Source of the DNA: a virus
Reading direction: 5' to 3' (one strand)
DNA: 64,000 nucleotides
Virus record (IMG/VR): IMGVR_UViG_3300024265_000045
Coordinates: 8,577-72,576 of that record
Below the pieces are notes generated by a model, which was not told the origin of the DNA, did not search any database, and saw only the letters and a program-made list of their open reading frames with translations. Made by a program: the position numbers and the translations under genes. Shown here one piece after another: positions 10,901-19,445 of this stretch (positions are counted from its first letter, which is position 1; each line of letters opens with the position of its first letter).

Positions 10901-11983
10901 ATCAAAAGCAATGGCTATTGTATGTCCAGCGGCGGAAAATACTCTAAGCATTTCTGGTTGGAATAATTTATCTAAAGCTTCTGAAAATTTTACTCCTAAC
11001 TTATCTACTAAAGGACCAAGTAACTCTAAACCAAAAGCTGTGGATATAAAGTCCTTTATATTCTGTATAACTCCAGGAAGAGTTCTAGACATTCTCTCCA
11101 TAGATTCTGGAAAGTCTTTATCTGCCATTTGTGAGAAAGTATTAATGAAGTCCATACCAGTCACGATACCTTCTTCCATTTGTTTCCGTACTTCAGAAAA
11201 CGACACACCCGCCGTGTCAGCCAATTTTTGAATGATTGTATTGACAGGTACAAATGAAGTTGCAAGGTCTCGTAAGTCCCTGCCCATGATACGAGTGGAT
11301 GAAATCATTTGACCAAAGTTATAAATAATTCTAGTTAAATGGTCGTCAGTGAGTCCCATCCCTGCTGTAAAGTTACCAACAGAAACAATCAACTTTTTCA
11401 ATTTAGTTGTTGTAAATCCATACGAGTTAGCCATAGAAACTGCATTAGCTAGAGACTGAACACTGAATGGAGTGGTAACGGCGAGCCGACGGATCCAGTT
11501 CATCAGTGATCTGACTTGACCTTCAACCGAGGACATTGCGTCAGCGACTGAACCTCCAAATGCTCTAGCAAAGTCTCTACCAACAAGACCCTCTAAACGT
11601 ATCTGCAGAGTTTGGAACTGACCAGCAGCTTCCCACGCTAATTCCCCTACTTCTCGTAGCCCCCGCTTGAAAGCTCTAAATACATCAGCCACAAAAACTG
11701 CTCGAATAACCCAAAGCATACTTTGAAATTCTCCGAGTAATTTTTGTAACGAAGTTTTAGCCAGAGTCTGTACGGCTCCAACTAATTTAGCGACGGCAGC
11801 TTGGACTTGAGTTGAGATCGTTTTCCCCATATTACCGACTGACTTCTCGATCTTCTCTAAATTAGCGTTGTTCAAGTCAGCTATTGATTTATTGATAGCA
11901 AACAATCCACCGACCAATATTTTCACATAAGGAGTGAATTCAGCTAAGTTTAGAACCGCAGCTATTCCAACAGGAACGGGCAT
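7949..11983 (-). CDS. tape measure protein
   Basis: 1344 aa helical protein with tape-measure domain signature (LAVTTPFSVQSL...YNFGQM...RDL). Confidence 0.92.
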   Translation of the reverse strand: MPVPVGIAAVLNLAEFTPYVKILVGGLFAINKSIADLNNANLEKIEKSVGNMGKTISTQVQAAVAKLVGAVQTLAKTSLQKLLGEFQSMLWVIRAVFVADVFRAFKRGLREVGELAWEAAGQFQTLQIRLEGLVGRDFARAFGGSVADAMSSVEGQVRSLMNWIRRLAVTTPFSVQSLANAVSMANSYGFTTTKLKKLIVSVGNFTAGMGLTDDHLTRIIYNFGQMISSTRIMGRDLRDLATSFVPVNTIIQKLADTAGVSFSEVRKQMEEGIVTGMDFINTFSQMADKDFPESMERMSRTLPGVIQNIKDFISTAFGLELLGPLVDKLGVKFSEALDKLFQPEMLRVFSAAGHTIAIAFDEIYQALINDLIPAMQIFLTYLGLAAPTTLDVARAVLTVVHFVRNLIQFLARGITAFQEFLAPDKTFENFFKILSSKTFGWGIDFTMSFAQGIVTGASGVISALSFLTRVLTEWLKPGSPPKFLPELAAWGQAAAQVYLDGWVGVDFGPLEALIGTFRSFLRSTAIDEIALAASGDIAIASLEQLKVVIIAFGETGDVAKDAFEDLSDKIGEASNLFARYTRNTVLLTKATNTLTMVQRALSFTGEQTVVVFGEAIQNVQNLIDVSERFNSRLLPIMRDYAIITGQVTKAQDELNDTTRYYDDILQSLENQLGDNRKVFEENTRLQEIEQALTTLRLTDEERTTLELEKRDIILQRQIRQTKVERGVAIASAKNKLKAAKDEQMALKNAALSIAKTEQDILSSRVTGEKSLLDILIAQNEIRKQMIRTIEGEKTDLEFMGFEFDPSSFDDLGADLDASLQETIVGLSEIIGREMDDMWAEFTASLPSFEELFGTFFEDWNKFGEDIEKLDLFGNIDELVADIVESDWYTKISGAWDEFVEDLKEAWGNLLEFWELYGPDITRLLKEIAGIASEALLGVGVDTTGSLLDIVGELIVGLSEKLLASGPNIISFLEDFSETLTEDIIPALNDFTDWLETDGGELFEKFITILLENLPTILKVVGAIFLLRKAFTVSPLLTTAIGSVATAMFFLLTPFILVGLAMKNFEKQLKRLDEYPDILGSLIEIISDGLDSILDLFTEFAKELLRSFIEGMFALGEWFDDWMQVWIDGISNNEPKMYDVTGSLIQQIGRAILNFAGEQLWEFIMFIDRLIKIFGEYQETFKQMGRNLMLGILQGIYDKAYLILDFLRELIFQALDLVAQITGSRSPSKKFATLSSDWITGMVQGMEKTAPLLETMIRQTMRSMLFLAEDALSTQISQPVFAQAAPQISAPGFLPPSPRLDLDQSQTTQTFDQRTQLEINPTYKNVQSSASIYYDVQAALAAVRK

Positions 11984-12797
11984 TTATTTGATATCCTTAT
12001 TCTCGAACGCCATCATCTCACTTTTTGCTATCACGAATGCTATCATTGCAGCTCTAGTTGAGGACGGCAAGTCCCAATAATCGTCGAGATTCATATTCCA
12101 TTCATTCGCAGTAAGTACATCTCTATAAATTGAACCGACTTCCCAGTTCCCCAATGGAATTTTAAGTTTCTGTAGTGGTATCCCCTCGTCCGTCTGATGC
12201 GTCGGGTTCCACTTGATCTGGAAAGGATTCCTTTGCTTCGTCTAGGACCTCCTTGGAAACTCCAGTCAGCTCCATAACTAGTTCAAGTAAATTGGTAGCA
12301 TCAGTTGAATGCTTTACAACATAAGCTGTTTTGAAAGCCAGTTCCACAGAATCTGCGTCATCATTACCATTCTCATCTTTAGGAAATTCTACCCCCTTAA
12401 GCTTCTGCCTGGATATCCATCTAGACATTGGTATGGGAAGTTCTTCTGGCAAAGTAACTCCATCCAAAAGAACAGTGTTGATAACTTTTTCTGTAACCAG
12501 AATCCCAGCTTCGGTTTGTTTTTCTTCATACGCTGCCCATAATTTTTCAGCTTCAGGATCGCCTTTTATGGACTCCTCATCATGATATAGAGTTTCAATT
12601 CCTCCTCCAGCCAACTCTGCATCGTACGTGGGTTTCTCAGGTTGTTCAACAGAATTTATCACTGCCTGGATATCGAGAGGAGCCAATCCACCTAAAATAA
12701 CTGTAAATCCATCTGAATTTGTAAATTCAATTTCTTCAAATTCATTTTCATCACGTACATCAAACTTACGACGTTTCTTACTTTTTCTTTTTGCCAT
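11984..12797 (-). CDS. frameshifted tail assembly chaperone (long form, about 270 aa)
   Basis: The +1 frame is open from TCC TTT C (12219-12227) to a TAA abutting the tape measure ATG and encodes QIKWNPTH...YWDLPSSTRAAMIAFVIAKSEMMAFENKDIK. Confidence 0.65.
12162..12797 (-). CDS. tail assembly chaperone (short form)
   Basis: Acidic protein between tail tube and tape measure genes. Confidence 0.75.
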   Translation of the reverse strand: MAKRKSKKRRKFDVRDENEFEEIEFTNSDGFTVILGGLAPLDIQAVINSVEQPEKPTYDAELAGGGIETLYHDEESIKGDPEAEKLWAAYEEKQTEAGILVTEKVINTVLLDGVTLPEELPIPMSRWISRQKLKGVEFPKDENGNDDADSVELAFKTAYVVKHSTDATNLLELVMELTGVSKEVLDEAKESFPDQVEPDASDGRGDTTTET

Positions 12798-12810
12798 TAC
12801 AGTACTCCCT

Positions 12811-12868
12811 GTGTCCTAGACTCGATGTTGGCAGGGAGTTACCAATCCCCCCCATCAAGTCTAGGACA
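12811..12868. other. long intergenic hairpin between tail tube and chaperone genes
   Basis: gtgtcctagactcgatg ... catcaagtctaggaca arms. Confidence 0.55.
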
Positions 12869-12893
12869 ACATATAAAATCTGCACTCCCAGAA

Positions 12894-14351
12894 TTACGCA
12901 ACAGGTGAAATCAAAGCCATCATGCCAGATGTACCACTAGCGTTTCCAACAACATAGGAACGTTTCGGACTGACAATTCTGACATCGTTATAGCCAGCAT
13001 TTGTGATTATTGGTATAGCATTCCAGTCATATCCACCATTGATTGTTATATAAATGTTACCGGAAGCAGCAGAACCAACAGCAATACCGAACAAACCATC
13101 CTTCCAAAATTCAACTGCTCCAATAACAGAAGCATTGCGAACTTCCCAGGTTAGTCCACCATCATGGGTATATTCCATCCCATCTCCAACTGCCCAACCG
13201 AAGTATGCCGTGATCATATAGATATCTCGTGCGGCTGCAAGAGTAGTTGAAGTTACAGCACTCCAGGTTGTTCCACCATCAGTTGTATTGGCGACCTCTC
13301 CAGCAGTCCAAATAGCAAAACCAGTTGTACTGGAAACAAAGTCGATACCCATGATGTCAGAAGCAGAAATTCCAGCATCTTCTTGAATGGTCCAAGTAAG
13401 ACCACCATCACTGGAGAAGTAAATCCGTCCACCGTCTGTCCCGAGCCATATATTGTACTGGTCAAGAGCAAATAGAGCATGATTACTGGCGACATACGCA
13501 CCATTCGCAGCTCCATAATCAACATTTGTCCAGGTTACTCCACCATCATCACTGTAAGCTATTTCACCTTCAACACCAGCATCTGTTGTTCCACGAGCAA
13601 CAAGTATTCTTGTTACAGTCCTACTAAGCTGAAAACAAACAATACCCTGAACATCTTCTCCGGCAGCAAAAGGATCTCCGACTGTTCCTGCCCACACAGC
13701 TTCATTTTGTGATGTCAAAATATTGGCTACATTAGCTGCGGACGCAGCTAAATGTTTCGTAGCTGCATACAAAGAATCCCAAGGATTAGTAGTAGGACCA
13801 CAATCTCCAGCACAAACTTCTTCACCGCAGATAGCAAATCCAGTTATATCCTCAGTTTCAGTCAAAGTAATACGATTGGCTTCAAGACTGAAGTACCTGG
13901 ATAAAGTCTCTGCAGACATATCAAAACTTTGCGTAGATTCATTTTCATCCGCAGGTTGCCTGGAAGCTGTGTTACCCAAAGTTCTCTGAGTAACTTTTGT
14001 TCTCGCCATAGCAAATGAACGATCGTAATTAGCGAAAACATCTCTTCGACCGCACAGAACTTTATGGATATAAACTGGAACTAAACAAGTTTCAAGTTCT
14101 TCCAAGAAATCTGCGGTAGTGTGCATCACGGATTCGATAGTAGTTGTAGGAACTCCAGGGTCTCCGGAATAGCTGTTCTTCACTTCATACTTACCAGACG
14201 CTGCTTTGTCTGCACAATAAGTCAGAGTCAAATCACCTTTTGGCTCGGTCAGATCACCAATACTGTGACAACCAAGATATTCTGGTTTGGTATTGGGTCC
14301 GTTAGGCTGAACCCAGATAGATGCTTGACCTGCAAGTAACGGACTAGACAT
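12894..14351 (-). CDS. major tail (tube) protein with C-terminal BNR/YCF48-type beta-propeller
   Basis: Position before chaperone and tape measure; repeated Asp-box motifs SDDGGVTW, SSDGGLTW, TTDGGTTW, THDGGLTW, TINGGYDW. Confidence 0.75.
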   Translation of the reverse strand: MSSPLLAGQASIWVQPNGPNTKPEYLGCHSIGDLTEPKGDLTLTYCADKAASGKYEVKNSYSGDPGVPTTTIESVMHTTADFLEELETCLVPVYIHKVLCGRRDVFANYDRSFAMARTKVTQRTLGNTASRQPADENESTQSFDMSAETLSRYFSLEANRITLTETEDITGFAICGEEVCAGDCGPTTNPWDSLYAATKHLAASAANVANILTSQNEAVWAGTVGDPFAAGEDVQGIVCFQLSRTVTRILVARGTTDAGVEGEIAYSDDGGVTWTNVDYGAANGAYVASNHALFALDQYNIWLGTDGGRIYFSSDGGLTWTIQEDAGISASDIMGIDFVSSTTGFAIWTAGEVANTTDGGTTWSAVTSTTLAAARDIYMITAYFGWAVGDGMEYTHDGGLTWEVRNASVIGAVEFWKDGLFGIAVGSAASGNIYITINGGYDWNAIPIITNAGYNDVRIVSPKRSYVVGNASGTSGMMALISPVA

Positions 14352-14353
14352 AT

Positions 14354-14731
14354 TTATACCTCCTTTGCCGATTTGGCAATTGATACAATATCACGGGCAC
14401 AAATTCCAATAGCCTCCGCTAAAGCACTTTGGATAGCTCCTGGCTTACTTTGTATATCTGCGTATGTCCATAGTCCAACTTTTCGCAAACATCCCGCTAA
14501 ACACTCTGCGGTAATCTCCCTATTCGGTAGGGCGATTTCCCAAGGAATACCATAAGGCTGACCACGTTCTAGCTCATTCAAGGTCATTTCAATGAGCTTG
14601 GTATGAGGTATCTCTTCCGGCATTGCATCTGCAGGAAGAATCACCCTATTAGGAATACCTTCAACATTATATTCAAGTAAAAAAGCCATGTTCTTATGCC
14701 TAATAACTTTTACTTCAATTTTTTTATCCAT
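14354..14731 (-). CDS. hypothetical neck/tail completion-region protein
   Basis: Synteny, strong RBS. Confidence 0.5.
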   Translation of the reverse strand: MDKKIEVKVIRHKNMAFLLEYNVEGIPNRVILPADAMPEEIPHTKLIEMTLNELERGQPYGIPWEIALPNREITAECLAGCLRKVGLWTYADIQSKPGAIQSALAEAIGICARDIVSIAKSAKEV

Positions 14732-14740
14732 ACGCCTCCT

Positions 14741-15280
14741 TTACAGCGACTGCCTCATGGACAGAGCTTCAGTAAAAATTTCAACTAGAATATCTTCAAA
14801 CATTTCTTCAATTTCATCTTCTCTATTTTCGGCAGTGACTTGATCCCAATTTCTAGCCCTTACTCCCCAATTCAGAACAATTTTAGCATGAACATTTCCT
14901 TCCCCGTCAATTCGTTCTGCATTAGCGGTCAGCGCATTAGGGTCAGTTTTAGACTGTCTAAATTCATCAAATACAAGATATTCTGTTTTCTCAGGATCTT
15001 TAGGTTCTATTACGTATTTCCCTTTTTCAACTCCCTTGCAAATGACATTATATAAAAAATCTTCTGTCCATACAGTAAATCCAATATTGACTTTATTGAA
15101 TATTTTATTAGCTTCTATTTTTGGACGTTTATCCCAAGTAAGTGTAGGAGCTTGCAAATCTTTCTTTATCAAAGCAATCATCTTACTCAATCTGGTCAAA
15201 ACTGTAAGTCTCCAAGAACCTTTACTTAGATTCCTGTAAGCTTCCAAATCAAAACCAGTTTTTGCAAAAGTTATTTCCAT
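14741..15280 (-). CDS. putative neck / tail completion protein
   Basis: Synteny; loose resemblance to HK97 gp10-like proteins. Confidence 0.5.
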   Translation of the reverse strand: MEITFAKTGFDLEAYRNLSKGSWRLTVLTRLSKMIALIKKDLQAPTLTWDKRPKIEANKIFNKVNIGFTVWTEDFLYNVICKGVEKGKYVIEPKDPEKTEYLVFDEFRQSKTDPNALTANAERIDGEGNVHAKIVLNWGVRARNWDQVTAENREDEIEEMFEDILVEIFTEALSMRQSL

Positions 15281-16338
15281 TATCTACCTGCAGGAAAAGC
15301 CATTGCGCCCATTTTATATTGAATAAGACTAGTTGCGAACTGCCATGCCATCCAAGCCCCATCAGACAATCCGAAGTTACATTCCAATCTAGCTCGGCTC
15401 AAGTTTTTAGGTATATTTCTATCAGATCTCCAACGCTGAACTAATGGATCACAACCACAAGGAGCAATACTCATAAGAGAATGAGCTAAACGTACAATCG
15501 CCATTTCCATTTTCCTTGTGACTACAGGAGCTCCAGCAGCATAATTAATAAACATCCTATAAGGACTACCACATATTGACGTATTTCTAGTCCAAACTCC
15601 GCCACTATAAGTCGCAACACTAATTTTTATACTTCCAGAATATCCTTTCCTTAAAAGTCCGCATATAGTAGCTGTAGAATGATCACATGGAGTAGAATCG
15701 CAACCACAGACATTATTAGTATAATGAATTTCTCCATGATCTGAAGTATTTGTATAAAATCTTTTGACATCTATAGTAGTCTGAAAATTAGCATTATCAC
15801 TATATAGCCAACCTTCTGTAGGATTATCCAACTGATCATAATCAACCATACGGCAGCGAGGGATCGAGATAACAAAGTTGGCTCCAACAATCTCAATTGA
15901 AGATGGTTCTATTCTATAGTCTACATCTGGGTAGAAAATAAAAATTTCTGACGTATCAGTAAGCCCTCCGGTAGGAACAGTAAATACAAGTGGATCAGTG
16001 GAAATATCAGCAACAGCAACATCGTCTCCAACACTTGCTTCACCCCTGGATCCTAGCTCAAGAACTTTTGACCAGTCAGTTGTAACCAAGCAAGAATATT
16101 TATGTTCCTCATCTTCGAACCATGATTTAGTTAGAGGATATCCAGCTTGATCTTCTATCATTTCTTGAGCTTCCAAAAGATAAAACATTAAATCTGAGCG
16201 TTGCTGTTCATTCCATAATTCACGGCAGGCGTAAACAGGGTTATCTTCATTGGACACACCAAAAAAAGCACATTCAAAATATCCGATCAATTTGGCATAT
16301 CGGGCTGGAGAAATAGCTCTGTAAGGAAGGTCTTCCAT
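15280..16338 (-). CDS. putative head-tail adaptor (Cys-rich)
   Basis: LLEAQEMIEDQAGY N-terminal helix and INYAAG...MEMAIVRLA C-terminal motif typical of adaptors. Confidence 0.6.
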   Translation of the reverse strand: MEDLPYRAISPARYAKLIGYFECAFFGVSNEDNPVYACRELWNEQQRSDLMFYLLEAQEMIEDQAGYPLTKSWFEDEEHKYSCLVTTDWSKVLELGSRGEASVGDDVAVADISTDPLVFTVPTGGLTDTSEIFIFYPDVDYRIEPSSIEIVGANFVISIPRCRMVDYDQLDNPTEGWLYSDNANFQTTIDVKRFYTNTSDHGEIHYTNNVCGCDSTPCDHSTATICGLLRKGYSGSIKISVATYSGGVWTRNTSICGSPYRMFINYAAGAPVVTRKMEMAIVRLAHSLMSIAPCGCDPLVQRWRSDRNIPKNLSRARLECNFGLSDGAWMAWQFATSLIQYKMGAMAFPAGR

Positions 16339-16378
16339 ATTTTTGCCTTATTATGTACTAATGTAAGTTCGTTTTACT

Positions 16379-16439
16379 AAACAGCACTTCTAAATACGTC
16401 TAAAACATATCCAATTTACGTAACTGGTAGTTTACTACC
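16379..16439. repeat. dispersed intergenic element, copy 1 (partner at 59246-59308)
   Basis: aaacagcacttctaaatacgtctaaa-N20-tggtagtttactacc. Confidence 0.7.
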
Positions 16440-16447
16440 AGCCTATT

Positions 16448-16792
16448 TTATCGATTATTCCGTGGATGTAATTTATCGATACCTGACTGAATTATATCTT
16501 GCACTCCACTAATTCCAAAAACCAAGACTATATACTCTGACCAATGAGGTGCTAAACTCCAAACATAAACAAGTAATCCTGAAAGCCATATACCGATACA
16601 AAAAGGACAATTGACAAACTCAGCTAAACTGAGGGTAAAAATATTTCTCTTATTTGCAGCTAATTTTTGTATCCAAAATCTGAAACTTTTAATAAGTCCC
16701 ACAGGTCCATCTTCATCTGCTATCACTCGAGCTATGCGATAACAAGCCAAAGAGTAAATTACGAACCTTAGAAACTCATTCAGAATAATCAA
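16448..16792 (-). CDS. DUF1360-like membrane protein
   Basis: LACYRIARVIADEDGP and CPFCIGIW motifs with TM helices. Confidence 0.75.
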   Translation of the reverse strand: MIILNEFLRFVIYSLACYRIARVIADEDGPVGLIKSFRFWIQKLAANKRNIFTLSLAEFVNCPFCIGIWLSGLLVYVWSLAPHWSEYIVLVFGISGVQDIIQSGIDKLHPRNNR

Positions 16793-17312
16793 AAGAGTCC
16801 TCTACTAAAGCAGGAACTTTGTCGAGTGTTATGTTTAATAGCTCAGCCAAGTTTTCCTCAGGAGTATCTCTAAATTGCTCAAAAGTATGAATCCCTGCTT
16901 TCCGCAAGGTTTGAGCTTTTGATTTTCCAACACCTTTCAGTTGAGTGAAGTCATCAAATAACTCAGGTACGATGTCTGAGGCAGGTTCTACTTCCACCAC
17001 CTTTTCTGCTGGAGCAGGAACAGGTTCTTGAACTTGCTTCTGAATAAAAACCTGTTTACCCCTATCATGAAGCTGTAGTAGACCTTGCTTATTCTCCGTC
17101 CATACATCTCTTTTGTCAACGAAGCCCTGCCGTCGTTTTGCACTGAATCTATACGCAACACCAGTCACAGGTCCGAAATATGTTTCTGAGCCAAAATTAC
17201 CGCCTTGATATTCTATTAAAATCATACCACTAGCTCCTACTAATTGTTCTGAACCAACACCTTTTACGGAAGGTGTTGCCATTGCTCTGTTACGACCTCC
17301 ACAGCAAGCCAT
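16776..17312 (-). CDS. nested in-frame product (178 aa, MACCGG...HhH)
   Basis: Internal GGAGG-N7-ATG exactly at the GT2 domain boundary. Confidence 0.55.
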   Translation of the reverse strand: MACCGGRNRAMATPSVKGVGSEQLVGASGMILIEYQGGNFGSETYFGPVTGVAYRFSAKRRQGFVDKRDVWTENKQGLLQLHDRGKQVFIQKQVQEPVPAPAEKVVEVEPASDIVPELFDDFTQLKGVGKSKAQTLRKAGIHTFEQFRDTPEENLAELLNITLDKVPALVEDSFDYSE

Positions 17313-18056
17313 ATAATCGCCTCCATATAAGTCAGGAAAAACTTTTTCCATCTGTTTAGCATATTTCATCTGCCATTCAGAAGAGTTATTTTTTAAAGAT
17401 CTATTTTGCCCAAATCTTCTGTAGATATATCCAGGATAATCAATCTTTACTCCTGGAATATTATTCAAACCTAATGCTACATTGAAAGCCCAGTCGTCTC
17501 GACCATTTGCCATTTCATCTGGATATCCCTTGCATTTTACCCAAGAGGTTTTCCAAAACATAATTCCAGAATGAATTGTATTTTTGCATTTAAGTTTATA
17601 AAAATCATATTCAGCTAATTCCCAGATTTTATCTTGCAGACCATTTGGAGTTAGAAGTCTAATATTATCATAAACAAATACTTCTTCATGTTCGAGCAAT
17701 TCTCTATACATTCTTTCAAATGATTCTTCAGCTCGCATATCGTCTGCATCAATTCTGGTTATAACTTCATATTTTGCCTTATCTATTGCTATGTTACAAG
17801 AAATTGCTGTTCCGAATGTTCGTAAATTCTTGATATAATGAACTTTTAAACTTTCTTCCTCATTATATAATTGACTTTGTTCTTTGATAATGTTAGCTGT
17901 ATTGTCATCTGAATTATCATCAACTATTATAACCTCAGCGGGAAGTAACGTTTGAGGTTTTAAAACTCCAAGACTAGACTCACCACCATATATAGAACTG
18001 AGTAAATCTGGAATATATTTTCCATGATTATAACATGGAACTATAACTGAAATCAT
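16776..18056 (-). CDS. GT2 glycosyltransferase fused to a C-terminal helix-hairpin-helix-containing protein
   Basis: ISVIVPCYNHG, IIVDDNSDD, RIDADD, GRDDW; C-terminal DFTQLKGVGKSKAQTLRKAGI HhH. Confidence 0.85.
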   Translation of the reverse strand: MISVIVPCYNHGKYIPDLLSSIYGGESSLGVLKPQTLLPAEVIIVDDNSDDNTANIIKEQSQLYNEEESLKVHYIKNLRTFGTAISCNIAIDKAKYEVITRIDADDMRAEESFERMYRELLEHEEVFVYDNIRLLTPNGLQDKIWELAEYDFYKLKCKNTIHSGIMFWKTSWVKCKGYPDEMANGRDDWAFNVALGLNNIPGVKIDYPGYIYRRFGQNRSLKNNSSEWQMKYAKQMEKVFPDLYGGDYMACCGGRNRAMATPSVKGVGSEQLVGASGMILIEYQGGNFGSETYFGPVTGVAYRFSAKRRQGFVDKRDVWTENKQGLLQLHDRGKQVFIQKQVQEPVPAPAEKVVEVEPASDIVPELFDDFTQLKGVGKSKAQTLRKAGIHTFEQFRDTPEENLAELLNITLDKVPALVEDSFDYSE

Positions 18057-18064
18057 AATTACAG

Positions 18065-18095
18065 GGGAGGTGGGCGAAAACGAAACCCACCTCCC
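18065..18095 (-). terminator. hairpin after the major capsid gene
   Basis: gggaggtggg / cccacctccc 10-bp stem; canonical location, weak U-tract on the minus strand. Confidence 0.55.
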
Positions 18096-18119
18096 AAAAT
18101 AAGGAGAACTAAATCGAGC

Positions 18120-19430
18120 TTACGGACAAGCAGGAATACAGAAGCTTGATTCAGGGAAGAAGCTCGTTTCCCAAGGATCAGGACTGAGAACGCCTCCAGG
18201 GGTATTGCATTCAATATCTTGGAATCTTGCTTGCGCCCATGGAGCCCACATCAGAAGACGTGGTTGAAACTCCACTTCACGCTGCATACAAGTCTGATCC
18301 TGATTTGACCAGGTCAGCAACCGTCCGCCGTCAGTATATGAATATGTAGCTTTCGGATACGTCGGAGGAACTTTACGCATATCAAGCATCTGTCCAGATA
18401 TCATCTGCACCGAACCAACCTTTCCAGTTAGTAGATACGCATCAGCGTCGCCGGTAACATTGTTGGTCAGTGACCAGTTGTAAGCTAACATGGGAATCTC
18501 AAAACCATCTATGAAAATCTTGCCCATGTTGAATAGACCGCCATCTAAGCCACGCCGGAAAGTCCTGGCTTCATATGACTGAATTGCTACTTCATTATAC
18601 TGACTACCTTCACAAACACTCCAGCAAGTATAATGGTCGAGCAAACAACGAATAACATGAGTCGGAGCAACAAAAACCATATCTCCGGGTAGCATAGGCT
18701 GTGAAGCAAGGGGCGGAGCCATGTCAATGCGATCTTTAATCCGCCGAACAACAGCTTGCAAAACATCAACGAAATTGTACGTCGCTGCGATTGCTGCACC
18801 GTTCCAAGTCATCCCAGCTCCACCAGCCATTTGATTACTGTTCCAATCAATGACAATACTGTCCATAATGTCACAATTATAGCCGGTTGAATCTGTATAA
18901 CCTGTTTTAACAAGACGCTGAAGCCCATCGAACTGACCTGCTGTTGTAGCGTTGCCAGTTATGATAGCACGTTTCAAGTCTTGGACAATAGCCTCAGTAG
19001 CGACACGCATATCATATTCATCGTCATTGACAATACGACTACCGTCGAGTCGATACATAGGCTGTTGTTCACAATATTTAGTATTTATTCTGGTAGCATC
19101 ACGAACAGGTCCGTGTCTACGATATCTTCCCCAATCTTCCAGGACAAAGTCACACTTTCCCCATTCTGCACCGTTGGACTCACCACAAGGGTCTGATATG
19201 TATCCAGGAGTTGCAACTCCCTGAGTACGTTCTGCACGAACATACGTGATGAAATTTTTCTTGATCAGACACACACTGGTAAGTTCCCATCCGATCCAGT
19301 CGAGAAACTTGTTAGCTCCCTCCATGGAAAGAGACATAAGGTCGTTGTCAGTACACATGTCAAACAATCCACAACAACCGTAGATTGTAGCAACATCACT
19401 GACTTCAAACCGTTCAACTTGTTTAAGCAT
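18120..19430 (-). CDS. major capsid protein
   Basis: Follows protease/scaffold; AIITGNATTAGQFDGL motif of HK97-fold capsids; strong RBS; downstream hairpin. Confidence 0.8.
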   Translation of the reverse strand: MLKQVERFEVSDVATIYGCCGLFDMCTDNDLMSLSMEGANKFLDWIGWELTSVCLIKKNFITYVRAERTQGVATPGYISDPCGESNGAEWGKCDFVLEDWGRYRRHGPVRDATRINTKYCEQQPMYRLDGSRIVNDDEYDMRVATEAIVQDLKRAIITGNATTAGQFDGLQRLVKTGYTDSTGYNCDIMDSIVIDWNSNQMAGGAGMTWNGAAIAATYNFVDVLQAVVRRIKDRIDMAPPLASQPMLPGDMVFVAPTHVIRCLLDHYTCWSVCEGSQYNEVAIQSYEARTFRRGLDGGLFNMGKIFIDGFEIPMLAYNWSLTNNVTGDADAYLLTGKVGSVQMISGQMLDMRKVPPTYPKATYSYTDGGRLLTWSNQDQTCMQREVEFQPRLLMWAPWAQARFQDIECNTPGGVLSPDPWETSFFPESSFCIPACP

Positions 19431-19445
19431 ATTTATACTCCTTCT

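Noticed and set aside
8802-11231. Long plus-strand ORFs (8802-9653, 10221-10499, 10911-11231)
   Set aside because: Antisense shadows of the tape measure gene; Ser-rich, no RBS
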